Assembly (NCBI RefSeq): GCF_035084215.1
Contig: NC_090325.1
Span: 173,290,001-173,354,000 of the forward strand
Direction of reading: 5' to 3'
Source of the DNA: Heptranchias perlo
Taxonomy: Eukaryota
Length of the DNA stretch: 64,000 nucleotides
Made by a program: the position numbers and the translations under genes
Notes under the pieces: model-generated
Told to the model about the DNA's origin: nothing
Seen by the model: only the letters and a program-made list of their open reading frames with translations
Database searches by the model: none
Shown here: piece after piece, positions 51,838 through 64,000 of the stretch
How the letters are laid out: each line of letters opens with the position of its first letter
Numbering within the stretch: position 1 is the stretch's first letter

Positions 51838-52715
51838 TAAAACAAAAGCAAAATATTGCGGATGCTGGAAATCTTCAAATAAAAACAGAAATTGCTGCAA
51901 ACACTCAGCAGGTCAGGCGGCATCTGTAGAGAGAGAAAAACAGAGTTAACATTTCAGGTCGATGACCTTTCCTCAGAACTTGTAAGAAGTTTGAGATTTA
52001 ACAGTTTTTAACACCAACGCCTGCTCCCCTTCCCATGGCACCTTCCCGTGCAAGCGCTGAAGATGCAACATCTGCCCTTTCACCTCCTCCCTTCCCACCA
52101 TCCATAGAATAGAATCCAGGGCCCCAAACACTCCTTCCAGGCAAATCAGCAACTTACTTGTACCTCTTTCAATATAGTATACTATATTCACTGCTCACAA
52201 TGTGGTCTCCTCTAGATTGGGGAGACCAAACGCAGATTGGGTGATCGCTTTGCTGAACACCTCCATTCAGTCCACAAGCGTGACCCTGAGCTTCTTGTCA
52301 CTTGCCATTTTAATTCTTCATCCTACTTCGACTCTGACCCCTCTGTCCTCAGCCTCTTACACTGTTCCAATGAAGCTTAACAGAAGCTCGAGAAACAGCA
52401 CGTCGTCTTTTGATTAGGCACTTTACAACTTTCCAGACTCAACATTGACTTCAATAACTTCAGATCATAACCGCTGCTCCCATTTTTTCGGACAGCGGGT
52501 GCTGTTAAGAGTTCTGCTGTTGACATTTACAGATCCTTGATTCATCTTTTGTTTCTTTATTTGTCCCATTATCACCCCCTTTTGCCTTGCACCATCATCC
52601 CTTTTGTCATTTAATCACTTTTGTCCTCCATCCTATCTCAGACCTTCCCTTTTGCTCTTTCCTCCCCTCCCCCTCCATTGTTCCACACTTGCTTAATAAC
52701 TGTTAAATCTTAAAC
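51838..52715 (+). mobile_element. Penelope-like element (family 2) with GIY-YIG endonuclease remnant and inverted pLTR
   Basis: CTSFNIVYYIHCSQCGLL*IGETKRRLGDRFAEHL...CHFNS at about 52160-52320. Confidence 0.85.
51944..51980 (-). ncRNA. Minimal hammerhead ribozyme (family 2)
   Basis: aguu CUGAGGA a-agguc-auc-gaccu GAAA ugUU aacu. Confidence 0.7.
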
Positions 52716-52744
52716 ACGTGTACACGTATGTGTGCACGTATATG

Positions 52745-52772
<28 letters not shown>

Positions 52773-52775
<3 letters not shown>

Positions 52776-53020
52776 TAGCCATGGCTCAGTGATAGCATTC
52801 TTGCCTCTGCGTCAGATGGTTGTGTGTTTAAGTGGCACTCCAGAGAATTGAGCACAAAATCTAGGCTGACACGACTGCAGTACTGAGGGAGTGCTGCATT
52901 GTCGGAGGTGTTGCCTTTCGCATAAGACGTTAAACTGAGGCCTCGCCTGCCCTTTCAGGTGAAGGTAAAAGATCCCATGGCACTATTTCGAAGGAGAGCA
53001 GGGGAGTTCTTCCTGGTGTC
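52773..53020 (+). mobile_element. SacSINE1/DeuSINE-like SINE, 3'-truncated
   Basis: tRNA head plus gatcccatggcactatt core. Confidence 0.8.
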
Positions 53021-53718
53021 CATATGTATCTATGTATGGTGTGTGTGTGTGTGTATACATGTGTGTCCCAGGGCAACTCTTGGGGTTGGCTTTCTTTTGT
53101 GGCTGCAGGTGGTAGCAGGGGGGTGAGGGGAGGGCCCAGAGGTTGCATTTTTAGGTAATGGCTTTGAGATATGGGTTGGGAGATACATCAGAGATGAGAC
53201 GTAATCGCTACAGAGTTTTAAAAAAGCAACAGGAAGGCATGAAGCCGCGTAGGTAAGGAGATGAGTCAGAGAGGGCATCTTTGAAGAAGTGTTGGCGGGG
53301 GGCGGGGGGGGGGGGGGCGCGGAAGAGTGGCTACTCAGAAAGCCTTGAGGAATTGATGAGCCAATTGGTGTATTGCATACTCATATGTTGCTTATTTTCC
53401 TATTTCATTTTGAATTAAAAAATTATCAATTAGATAGGGGAAAAGTGTTTAAAATAAATCAGAATGCACAATCTTTAATGTAAAAAATTGAACATTTTCC
53501 AGGGGCACATGCCCTCAGATCCCCCAAGTAATGTATGCACAAGTGAGCAACATGGGGTAAGGGCAGGGGGGAAGAATACCATTTGGAAGAAGTAAGCACA
53601 ATTTGAAATTTTCTGCCTACACCCCTTCTTCTAAGCATGACAATGGGTGTCCATGTATGTCACGAAGATTAACTTCCATTGGAACAGATCACACCCATTG
53701 AAACAGATCACAGCCATT

Positions 53719-54465
53719 GGGCATGATTTCAGCCTGGGGCGGGGTGGGGGAGGCGGAATTCCTGTCGGGAAACCTGGAAGTACGAATTTGACGTAAGGAT
53801 GTCGTTTTTTTCTTTATTGCCAGTTTCCTGCCCAACAGGCCAAACTGATTGACAGGCTGGCTCTCAGTCAGACGGGAGAAGAGCCAGGAAGAGGATGTGT
53901 TCATTTAAGTGTTAGATGGAGGGGGGGGGGGGAAAGGAGTGTCATCAGGGGCAGGGGGGTCGGGGTCATGGGGGGGTTGGGAGTCATTGGGGGGGATCTG
54001 TCATCGGGGGGCTGTCAGTCATTGGGAGGGTCAGGGTCGGGGTCATCACGGGGTCGGAGATCGTGGGGGGGGGGGGTCGGAGATCGTGGGGGGGGTCGCT
54101 GCAGGTAAGCTTGTTGGGCCTGGGGGAAGCACACCTGCTCGTCTGGGCCCATAAGCAATGCAATAAAGGCACTTACCTGCAGTTTCGGGTCTTCTTGCCT
54201 CCTCTCACGTGGCATGAAGCAGAAGGCCCGAGAATCCTGGCCCCCAGAGGCTAAAATCAAAAAAGCTTTGAAAATGGAGGCCCGTAGCCTCCTTAAAAGC
54301 TTTCACTGACCAACCCGCCTCCTAAGAGTGGGTTGGCCACCTGCCCCTCATCCCACCCCCCTGAAAACCGGAAATGGGTGGGTCGGAGGCGGGTTTTCGA
54401 TTTTTGCAATTGTTACTGCCCCCCCATCCCCAACCCACCCGTTTTTCCAGGCTAAAATCATGCCC
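53719..54465. mobile_element. GC-rich Harbinger-type MITE
   Basis: TIR gggcatgatttcagcctgg / ccaggctaaaatcatgccc. Confidence 0.8.
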
Positions 54466-54659
54466 TTTGAAACACATGGAGCTGTGTTTAAGAGTGAGCC
54501 ATCAGGGGGAGCTAGTGGTATATATTTTTAGGATATTCTCTATCATTCCCCTTTCTCGGTATCCATGCACTGTGTATCGTTCTTGGTCAAGAAATGACTG
54601 AGTGATGTTCTCTTCTACATCTGCCAATACTGAAATTGACCAATAAGGGCTCCCGTCCC

Positions 54660-55800
54660 TCCCAGCTAGGAAGATCCCATGTTCAGTTATCTAGTCTGTG
54701 CTGAAATACCTGATCTCAGCCAGGGGGCTAGTACAAATGCTACAAATTGGCCTTAGAGCTGATTTAGTGAGCGGAAAATCGACCCTTGTTCCATTTCCTG
54801 ATTGTCATTCTGTGACCCCTGCTGGAAGTGCATGTGTTGCTTTCTGATTCCTCATCCAAATAGCCTTTATTTACATGTGAGCCTTGACAGTATGTCTTGG
54901 TAGGCTAGACATTAGAGCCAAGTCCATTCCTGGCCTCAACCGATCTCCACACGTGCACTTCCAGTAAGGGTCACTGGATAACAATTAGGAGCAGGATCAC
55001 TGGCCAATATTTCCTTCACTAACTCAGGCCAATTTCAGCATCCCTCACACTGCCCCAGCTGAAGTTGACTAACTTGACACAGACTGGGAATCAAACCTTG
55101 TAGCTCTCTGTTCTGTACAGCTCATCTACTTTTTAAATGAACTCGCTGAATCATTGGGGTAATAACTTGACTTTTTAAAAAAGTATGTATTTGGCACTAT
55201 TTAAAAAAAACTCCTCTGCAGGTTTGTTACAGATTGTTAGTTGTTGAGTACTCAGCTCTTTACTACTGATTCAGAGATGTTTACATGCAGCTAGCCCTGT
55301 CTGGTGATGTGTACCACTCCTGTTAATGATTTCTCACCACAATATGGCTGAAATTTCAAAAGCTAAAGAAAATCAGCATATTTTTCTTTTTCTAAATTTC
55401 TGCTTCTCTCTCACTGTCTCTTCAGGACCTGCTGAGGTATAGTTCCACCATAAGCCCTCCATTATCTTGCCCAAGTGACCATTCTTCATGTGCAAGCCTA
55501 GACAATGGGTGTTTTAGCATGATATTCAACCATGGAGGCATCGCAGCCAAACCTGCCCTCACCTGACCAGGAGGGGGAAACCAGAGGCTGGTAATTAATA
55601 TTTACAACCACAAGCTCCTCCACAGAACTGGACAAACACTCATGATTCCCCTCTCTAGCCCAGGGACACTGAGCACAATTGTGTTGTGCCTCCATGGCTG
55701 AGATCAGCTAACTTAGCTCAAATTAAAATCAAGCGTGGGATCTTCCTGGTCAGTGTGGCTCAATGCACACCAGATGGCAGCTTTACCTACTGAACCATTG
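54660..55800. mobile_element. Cluster of unclassified SINE-like copies (+, -, -)
   Basis: Same core as 14495. Confidence 0.5.
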
Positions 55801-58491
55801 GCACATTCAGCAAATTACTTTTTAGCCAAATTTACTAATGGGTTAAGATTGGTGCAAGTGTATTAATGTTGTAACCTAGTTTGTGTTTTTGAGACTGCAG
55901 CTGTACAGGCGTCACACATGAAGTAAGACAGCTGGCAGAGTTACATATAAGTACAAAAAACTCTAGTGCATTGCAATTGCCTGCTGCTGCTAATATGGCT
56001 TTGGAATGCAATCTAATTAAAAATTAATGAAAAATACTAAGTTTCATAATGATAAATGACTGGGGATGGGATGTGTAATTGAAACAATCCTCTCAGCAAT
56101 AGTTTTAAACGAGTGTTTATACAGTTGTGTGGAGGGCCTTGTGTTCGGAAACATTAATTACCAGCTTCTGTACCTCCCCCAATAATTAACATTTTTTGTG
56201 CAGTCCTGTTTGCATAACTGACATAGCCCAGATGTGAAAATATAAACAGTATGAGTAGATGGATTTCTACTCTTTTAAAAAAAACTGACCCATATGCAAA
56301 TCCGCCAGGAGTGTACGCTACTATGTGCTAGGTATCATCGTGAGTGTAAAGAACATATAATGTAGGAGTTAGATGTGCATCATTGGTCTATCTTCAACTT
56401 TCGGTGTGTTTTTCAGCCCCCTCACACTGTTGGGCTCTGTAAATCCCGCAAGCCATTTTCTTCCACTTCATTAATGCTCGGTGTTTGAATTACATTTTGG
56501 AGATCAGATTAACATTAAATAATGAGTTATAATAACATAGAAACGTCAGTCACACCTTGCCAGATTTGCTTTCTGTTTTAGGTTTTGGCATTTGGTGTTA
56601 CTATTCTGTTTTCACAGGAGTGAAACATGGAAAGGAAAATCAGGCAAGGCTGTGTAACAGGCACAGTAGCTTCAATATTCGATATTCCCATATGTGCTCC
56701 GATCATGCGATGCTCTGTGTCAGGAGCACAAAAATGGGAAACTTGCCCTATACTCTGTTTATCTTATGTACAGTCACTCTCAAGTAGAAGGGGCCTTGTT
56801 TGTCTTTTTATTAAGGCCACCTGTAGCACCAAGGTGGTGGCTTTTGGCCACTGTCTACATTTGCTATTAATGTTGGAGCCTTGAGATTGATTTCTGTGTT
56901 GCCAAAGACAATAGTGCTCCTTTATTTAGCTCTCAGCACTTAACACTGAGGTTGTGGCTACTGCCGCTGGCTATACTGCAAGATATTAGCAAAAGACTAA
57001 CAGTGCTCAGTAAACATTTTGTTTTTTATAAATGGTTTCTATCCAAAGCATTAACCTGTTTTTTATTCCTTTTCCGACACTGATGGACCTGCAGTGTATT
57101 TTACTGCATTTTCAGTTTTTATTTCAGATTTTGAACATTTGCAGTTTTTTCCCCTTCTTTATTGCTGGGGTTTTACTAAGATTCATTTAGTGACTTCCTT
57201 TAATATCTGTCAAACAAATAACTTTTATGTCAACCGTTATGTTAGTAAAATTTACAAAAAGAAATAACCAGAAGGATGGCAATTTTAAGGCTGGCAAGTT
57301 GGAGCATCAACACCAACTACCTTCTATACAAGGCTACGGACCAAGTGCTGGAAAGTGGGATTAGGCTGAGTGGCTCATTTCCGGCCGGTGCGGACACGAT
57401 GGGACAAACAGACTTCTTCTGTACTGTAAATTTTCTATGATTCTACCACAAAGTGGTTAGATGTGGTTTTGTGTCTGAGCCCAACTGTGCTGCTTTGGGA
57501 TGTTAGCAAGGAGAGCCCACGAGCTTCCCACAGAATGGGAGGGCAAAATTGGAGGGGAGCCATTCCCAAGGCGCTCTCAAACAGTTCTCTGGTAGCATAC
57601 CTCCTAGTGCCCTGTTTCACAGTGGTATTAATATAGGTATGGGAGAAGGTCACACACCACAGACAGTGCTTGTTGCAAGGAGCCCGAGAAAGTGTCGATT
57701 GTTGGGGTGCTACAATTGGCTTTACTGTCCCTGAGTTTGGGAGATGGAAGCAATCAGACAGGGTTTCATCTCCTGATCACTATCCATTAACTCCTGCTGG
57801 AAATGTGTGGTTCATCAAGTGAGGACAGGCCCAGGTTCAACTCTAATGCTATCCACAGTGGAATAGCCCACTGACATCACTGGGCTCAGACATGGGTTAA
57901 CTGAGCATGCTTCCAGGATGTTGCTGTGGAAGCATATCCTCCTAAAGTTGTGAACTATCGCTGGAAGAAAGTTGTGGAGGGACAAACACAAGCTTTGCTG
58001 TCTGATATCCAAATGCCAATGGGATTTCTAATGTTACTGAAGAACAGACCACCTGGGAGCCTTTTAAACTTTAAACTATGCACCAGTTTCAGTTTTACTG
58101 TAATCCAAGCAGTACAAGATTAAACTCAATGCCAAAACCTGAATTGACATCTGAATGTTGCAGTTATACTACACATTGAGAAAGGGGGGTAGGGGAAATC
58201 ACAGAATCTAAATTAAGTTTTGATTTTTAAAAAAGTAACAGACTTTGCATTCTGAAATACTTACTGGGCCTTTCTGTAAAGAATGTGATCGAAATAAAAT
58301 GTCAATTTGAAATTATGGACATACCACTTTCGTAAATGTCCATCAGTTTTATGTTTCTCTTCATTTTAAGGTGATAAACTACAACCAATTTTACAAAATT
58401 GATTGCAGGTATAATGAAAGAACTTAAAAATTACTCATTGATAAAATAAAATGGATACCTTTGCGATATCAATACCACATTTGAAAGAAAA

Positions 58492-58945
58492 AAAGAAAGA
58501 CTTGCATTTATATAGCGTCTTTCAAAACCTCAGGACGTCCCAAAGCACTTTACAACCAATGAAGTACTTTTGAAGTGGAGTCACTGTTGTAATGTAGGAG
58601 AGATGGCAGTCAATTTGCACACAGCAAGGTCCCACAAACAGCAATGCAATAAATGACCAGATCATCAGTATTTTTGTGTGGTGTTGGAGGGATAAATATT
58701 GGCCAGGACACTGGGCAAACTCTCCTGCTCTTCATTGAATAATTCCATGGGCTATTTTATGTCCACCTGAAGAGGCGGGCGGGGCTGTAGTTTAACCCCT
58801 TATCCAAAAGGTAACTCCTCCAACAATGCAGTACTTCACTGAGGTGTCAGCCTAGATTATGTATTTGAAGTCTCTGGAATGGGACTATGAATCCACAACC
58901 TTCTGACTCAGAGGCTAGAATGCTACCACTGAGCCACAGCTGATA
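58492..58945 (-). mobile_element. Full-length SacSINE1/DeuSINE-like SINE
   Basis: tRNA head, central core, L2-like tail cgctatataaatgcaagtc. Confidence 0.82.
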
Positions 58946-60009
58946 CTGAGTTGTATGAAATTCCTTTGTTATTTTAACGTATTATCCCGTTCATTTTAAC
59001 ACATTTGTTACTAATATGACATAGCACATTTTCAAGGCATAAGTTTTTTATGACTATGTTACATTAGACACAATGGAAAGTACGGGATTTGAAAAGACTG
59101 CAATCCATTTGCCTGGTGCCAAAACAAAACTAGTATTCCTCAATAGGAAGGTTGGGAAATAATGCGTTGAGAATAAAAAATGTCTGTCAGACATCGGAAA
59201 GATGGTTTACAAATTATTGAAGTGAATCATCTATTGAGTTGCATTTCGTAACATCCCCGTTCTACATTCCTTACCATCAGTGTCACTTTTGCTGATATTT
59301 AACATTTTTTCCGGAAATAACGAGAACAAAATTGTAGCCCACTATTATTAAACAGCTTTAGATTCTTCTTTAAAAATCTACAGAAACACAGGATTGATTG
59401 CACATCGCACTGTATTAAGTAAATAAGGCGCTCACAAAGTCCATGTGCGCTGTAAAATAAAGCCTGTTATTGACTTCACCTGCTGCAAGCGTTGCACTAC
59501 AGAGGGCCATCAACAGGTGGCGTCTAAACCTTTTCTTTTCATACATTCATGAATATATTCATTCATTCTTCATCCCATTTTAGAAACTTTTATGGTCTAT
59601 ATAGCTCAGCTTCTCATTGGATAAAAACACCGAGCAGTTGATGCTGTGTACATAGCATTATATTTATGGAGATGGAGGTACATGGGGAAACCCTTTCCTA
59701 GATATTGCATTATTACTAACCCTTTCGTAAAATCCTGGTAACCTTCCTTTTTAATTGCTGCAAAACGTAAGCCCATCAGAATTACAAATAAATGAAGGGG
59801 TAAAACACATCATATTAGTTATGTAAACCAAAGGCAAGGATAGTGTGAAATGACATGTCTTACAGTTATAGGCTGCAGAACTCTTGTAGTGTGAGCTTTC
59901 TCTTGGCATGTTATTGTTGTGAGAAAAGGGACTGAAAACAGAAGTACAAAACAGGTATAGGGTACAGCAACTGAAACACACACACAGGAGTAAAATCTGA
60001 GAGTCACAG

Positions 60010-61375
60010 GGAGCTACACCAAAGAGAGGCACAGAGAGTAACAACCATGAGAGAAACACACTGAGGGAGTAACACTCAAGAGAGAAACACACACACAGGC
60101 AGCAACACCTGAGAGGGAGACACACTGGGAGCAACATCTGAGAGAGACATGGGGGCAATACCTGAGAGGGAGACACACGGGGAATAACACCTGGGAAAGA
60201 CACACAGGGAGTAACACCTGAGGGAGAGGGGCACACACAGGGAGCGACACCTGAGGGAGAGGGGCACACACACAGGGAGAGACACCTGAGAGAGAGGGGC
60301 ACACACACAAGGAGAGACACCTGAGAGAGAGGGGCACACACACAGGGAGCGATACCTGAGGGTGAGGGGCGCACACGCACAGGGAGAGTCACCTGAGAGA
60401 AAGGGGCACAATCACAGGGAGAGTCACCAGAGAGGGGCACAATCACAGGGAGAGACACCTGAGAGAGAGGGGCACAATTACATGGAGCGACACCTGAGTG
60501 AGAGGGGCACACACACAGGGAGAGACACATGAGTGAGAGGGGCACACACGCAGGGAGAGACACCTGAGTGAGAGGGGCACACACACAGGGAGAGACACAT
60601 GAGTGAGAGGGGCATACACACAGGGAACGACACCTGAGAGAGGGGCACACACACAGGGAGCGACACCTGAGAGGGGAAGACACACAGGGAGAGACACCTG
60701 AGGGAGAGGGGCACACACACAGGGAGAGAAACCTGAGAGAGAGGGGCACATACACGGAGCGACACCTGAGAGAGAGGGGCACACACACAGGGAGAGACAC
60801 CTGAGGGAGAGGGGCAGACGCACAGGGAGCGACACCTGAGGGAGAGGGACACATACGGAGCAACACCTGAGAGAGAGGGGCACACACACACAGGGAGAGA
60901 CACCTGAGGGAGAGGGGCAGATGCACAGGGAGCGACACCTGAGGGAGAGGGGAACACACACAGGGAGAGACACCTGAGGGAGAGGGGCAGACGCACAGGG
61001 AGCGACACCTGAGGGAGAGGGGAACACACACAGGGAGAGACACCTGAGAGAGAGGGGCACACACACAGGGAGCGACACCTGAGAGGGACACACACATGGA
61101 GTGACACCTGAGGGAGAGGGGAACACACACAGGGAGCGACACCTGAGAGAGGGGCACATTAACAGGCAGTGACACTTGAGAGAGAGGGGCACATTAACAG
61201 GCAGTGACACCTGAGAGAGAGAGGCACATTAACAGGCAGTGACACCTGAGAGAGAGAGGGGCACATTAACAGGGAGCGACACCTGAGAGAGAGGGGCACA
61301 TTAACAGGGAGCGACACCTGAGAGAGAGACACACACAGGGAGTAACACCTGAGGGAGACAGAGGGAGCAATACGG
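60010..61375. repeat. Purine-rich minisatellite, unit about 34-42 bp (cacctgag(ag)n ggggcacacacacagggagaga)
   Basis: About 35 visible tandem units with internal microsatellite variation. Confidence 0.95.
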
Positions 61376-62028
61376 TATTGCCAATACCTGAGCGAGATAG
61401 AGAAGTGGAACAGACTATAGGAACTTGTGTGTGTGTGCATGCGTGAGAGAGAAAGCAGATAGTTCAGTGAGAACCACTCAAGAGGAAGGAAGGAAAGCGG
61501 TTGTAAGGCGGAGACGGGCGGGGTTGACTCAAAAAACTTGCTGAAACAGTCACAATGGTCTGAGCGGAGAGACAAACCTGGCAGGCGGCGAGCGAGACCT
61601 AGTGGGAATCCGGCATGTCCAACTGAACTGATCAGAAACCAGGATAAAGAGCGGACCTGCCTGAGAAGAAAGTGATGGAGAAATGGTCAGGAAAATCTGG
61701 AAAGAAATAAAGAGTGGAAATGAATTGAAAGAGTAAAACTAGGAGAAAAGAAAAAAAATAAAGAGCTGGGAACAGAAGAGAGTGAAGACATGGAACAGGG
61801 AAGAGATGTGAGAGGAAATAAATGACAAGGTGTAACACTGTTAGATACTGTAGGGGGGGAAACAGCGGACACTATCTGAAGAGTGAGGTGGGAGAAGGAA
61901 GGTAAAAGCAGGGCTATTGGAGAGAGTGAGAGATAGTGTTTACCTGGATCAATAGCACAGAGCCTGCCCGCTCAGACCAGGCGATACCCAGCATCTGTCC
62001 GATTTGTACGGTTCTGAGATGACATGAA

Positions 62029-62119
62029 ATGAGGCTCAGGAATGGAAGTGTTTTAACAGTGCTCGTCCTAGGTGCATTTATTTCAGTGTCCTGGTTCGCT
62101 TCCTGGCTGAATATGAAAG
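62029..62119 (+). CDS. MGAT4D: First coding exon of an MGAT4-family N-acetylglucosaminyltransferase IV (positional MGAT4D orthologue); gene continues past the window
   Basis: MRLRNGSVLTVLVLGAFISVSWFASWLNMK(G) matches the MGAT4A/B N-terminus MRLRNG plus signal anchor; phase-1 donor G|gtatgt; divergent from ELMOD2 like human MGAT4D. Confidence 0.75.
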
Positions 62120-64000
62120 GTATGTGAGGCTTTTCTGTCTTGGCACATTGTCCCTCGCTGTTGCTAAGTGGTTGAAGCTACACTACACCGATCGGTTCTG
62201 GACACTAGTTGGTTTTTAGTTAATATTTCCTGTTTTGGATCAAAGAACATGCTACCGTAATGTGCACGCTTGTTTTGTGTGTATCTGTGGGTTTACACTG
62301 TAATCGCTCAACCACTGCCACTCACTGATTTCGCTCGTAGTAAACCGAAAGTCAAAATAAAAAGAAACAATCAATGCTGGACATAAATACAAACACTGTT
62401 GGAATTACACTCCAAGGGAGAGGGTTTTGATTGTGTTGTTACTAGGTTGGATTTATATTGCACTCCTTGGGAACTCAAAGTGGCGAAAGGGGGGCCCTGA
62501 ATGCCTCACATCTCACAGCTTTAACGTGTTTGCTAGTCTTCAAGAGTCATACCGCCACTCTTGTGTTATCCTGAATGAGTAGCATCAGCATTAAGTCAAG
62601 AAAATCGCCAAAGATTTGGTTAGATCAAATTGCACACAGGTTCTGGATGTAATCATCTCTCTCTCTGGAAGAGTACTTCCAGCATTTTCTGCTTAGCATT
62701 TGCAGTTTTTCTTATTTTTGACTTTCCCTTTGTTAATGATCACAGTAGTCGAGTAAGACTGCAACTTTTTCCTCCAAAACTGCTTTGCATTGGACACAAA
62801 TGTGGCAGTATGAATGCAGCCCGGATGTGATGTTGTGTTTGGCGCTTGCATCATTTCAGGATTTTTTTTGGGACTATTTTTCCACCGAAAGGATTTGCAA
62901 AATAAGTTAATTTTAAATGGTGGGTTTTTAAAGCAAAGTGTATTCACAAAAGTTTAGACCCAAAACAAAAGCATGAAAGGTGGTTAATATACTAATGACA
63001 TTTGTTTTCCCCAAAGACTATAATCAATAATTACTGTTTTGGTAATCAATAAATACATCATACCCATTGTTGGGGAGTCTCTGGTCCTGACTGCTTGGCA
63101 GGGGAGGTTTGGCGGGCCTTCATTTTTTGGCTATGAACAAAGGAAGATAAGAAAAAAACTGAGACAGAAACACAGGCTGTCAGGTTCAGCAAAAAAAGTC
63201 AGTTTTAAACTGAAGTTGCAAGAGTAAGCTTTCGCCAGGCCCTAAAGAATAATGCAGGAGGGTGAGTTTTATTTAAGTTGAGCAAGATGACTCACTGATG
63301 TGGAGTGGTGTGGTATTTTAGCTATTTTTGTATTGTTATATGAAAAGAAAGTTATACTGGTTGAATTAAGTGAATCTGATAATAACTTGTTATGTATGTT
63401 CACTTGCTGGGAAGTAAAACAACTTAATAATTCATTTCTAGCTTCATTTCAGTCTTCCTTTGAAAAGATTGAAGAAGTAAGTATATGTGTGAAATACATG
63501 AATATTCAGTTCACATCACATGGGGATACTATTGTTGCACCTGTGGGTTACACTATTGTATAGTTAAATATTGGACAGTAAGGGCACACTCATAAACATA
63601 AGACACTCAGACAGCTTATGGCATTTATTAGCATTGCTGAGCCCAAGAGACTAAGGGAATACTTAAAACCTGTAATAGTGCTTTTGGAGGTGTATCAGAG
63701 AGCACAGTAATATATTGAGCTGATGAAGGTGCAAATAAAGTTTTGATTTACTGTGGGCCTGTAGTCTGTTGCTATATGAAATGCTTGTTATTCACCCTGT
63801 TATAAAAATGTAGTAAAAGTTCGAATTACTTTGTGTTACAAGATTGAAAGAATGCATTTACTATTTTGTTACATGGTGCAAAGAGGAAATCTTCACCCAG
63901 ATTTCTAAAGTTAATGGCTGGCTATACAGTGTACATATGTGATGATATTATTAAATGTCTACATAAAAAGTCACAGTCATTTTTATAAAGTGCCGATATG

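Noticed and set aside
58870-58945. tRNA gene
   Set aside because: tRNA-derived SINE head continuing into the SINE body
59751-61210. Long minus-strand ORFs (474, 255 and 216 aa)
   Set aside because: Open in several frames because the minisatellite is nearly free of stop codons; low-complexity translations
60010-61375. CRISPR-like array
   Set aside because: No unique spacers, eukaryotic context, no cas genes

Overview
Vertebrate genomic DNA, most likely a cartilaginous fish (shark), judged from the repeat content (CR1/L2 LINEs, SacSINE1-like DeuSINEs, Penelope-like and PIF/Harbinger elements) and the protein divergence. It holds the conserved UCP1-ELMOD2-MGAT4D block: an intact six-coding-exon uncoupling protein gene on + (15113-24681, 312 aa, called UCP1 from synteny and loop/C-terminal features), a convergent intact ELMOD2 on - (45883-32985, 296 aa), and the first coding exon of an MGAT4-family gene on + (62029-62119). 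The rest is mostly transposon-derived. The most unusual structures are Penelope-derived minimal hammerhead ribozymes with covarying stems, several of them in a nested palindromic cluster just upstream of the ELMOD2 promoter, and an inverted CR1 pair bracketing UCP1 exon 5. All gene and family calls come from manual reading and recalled homologues; no database search was run.
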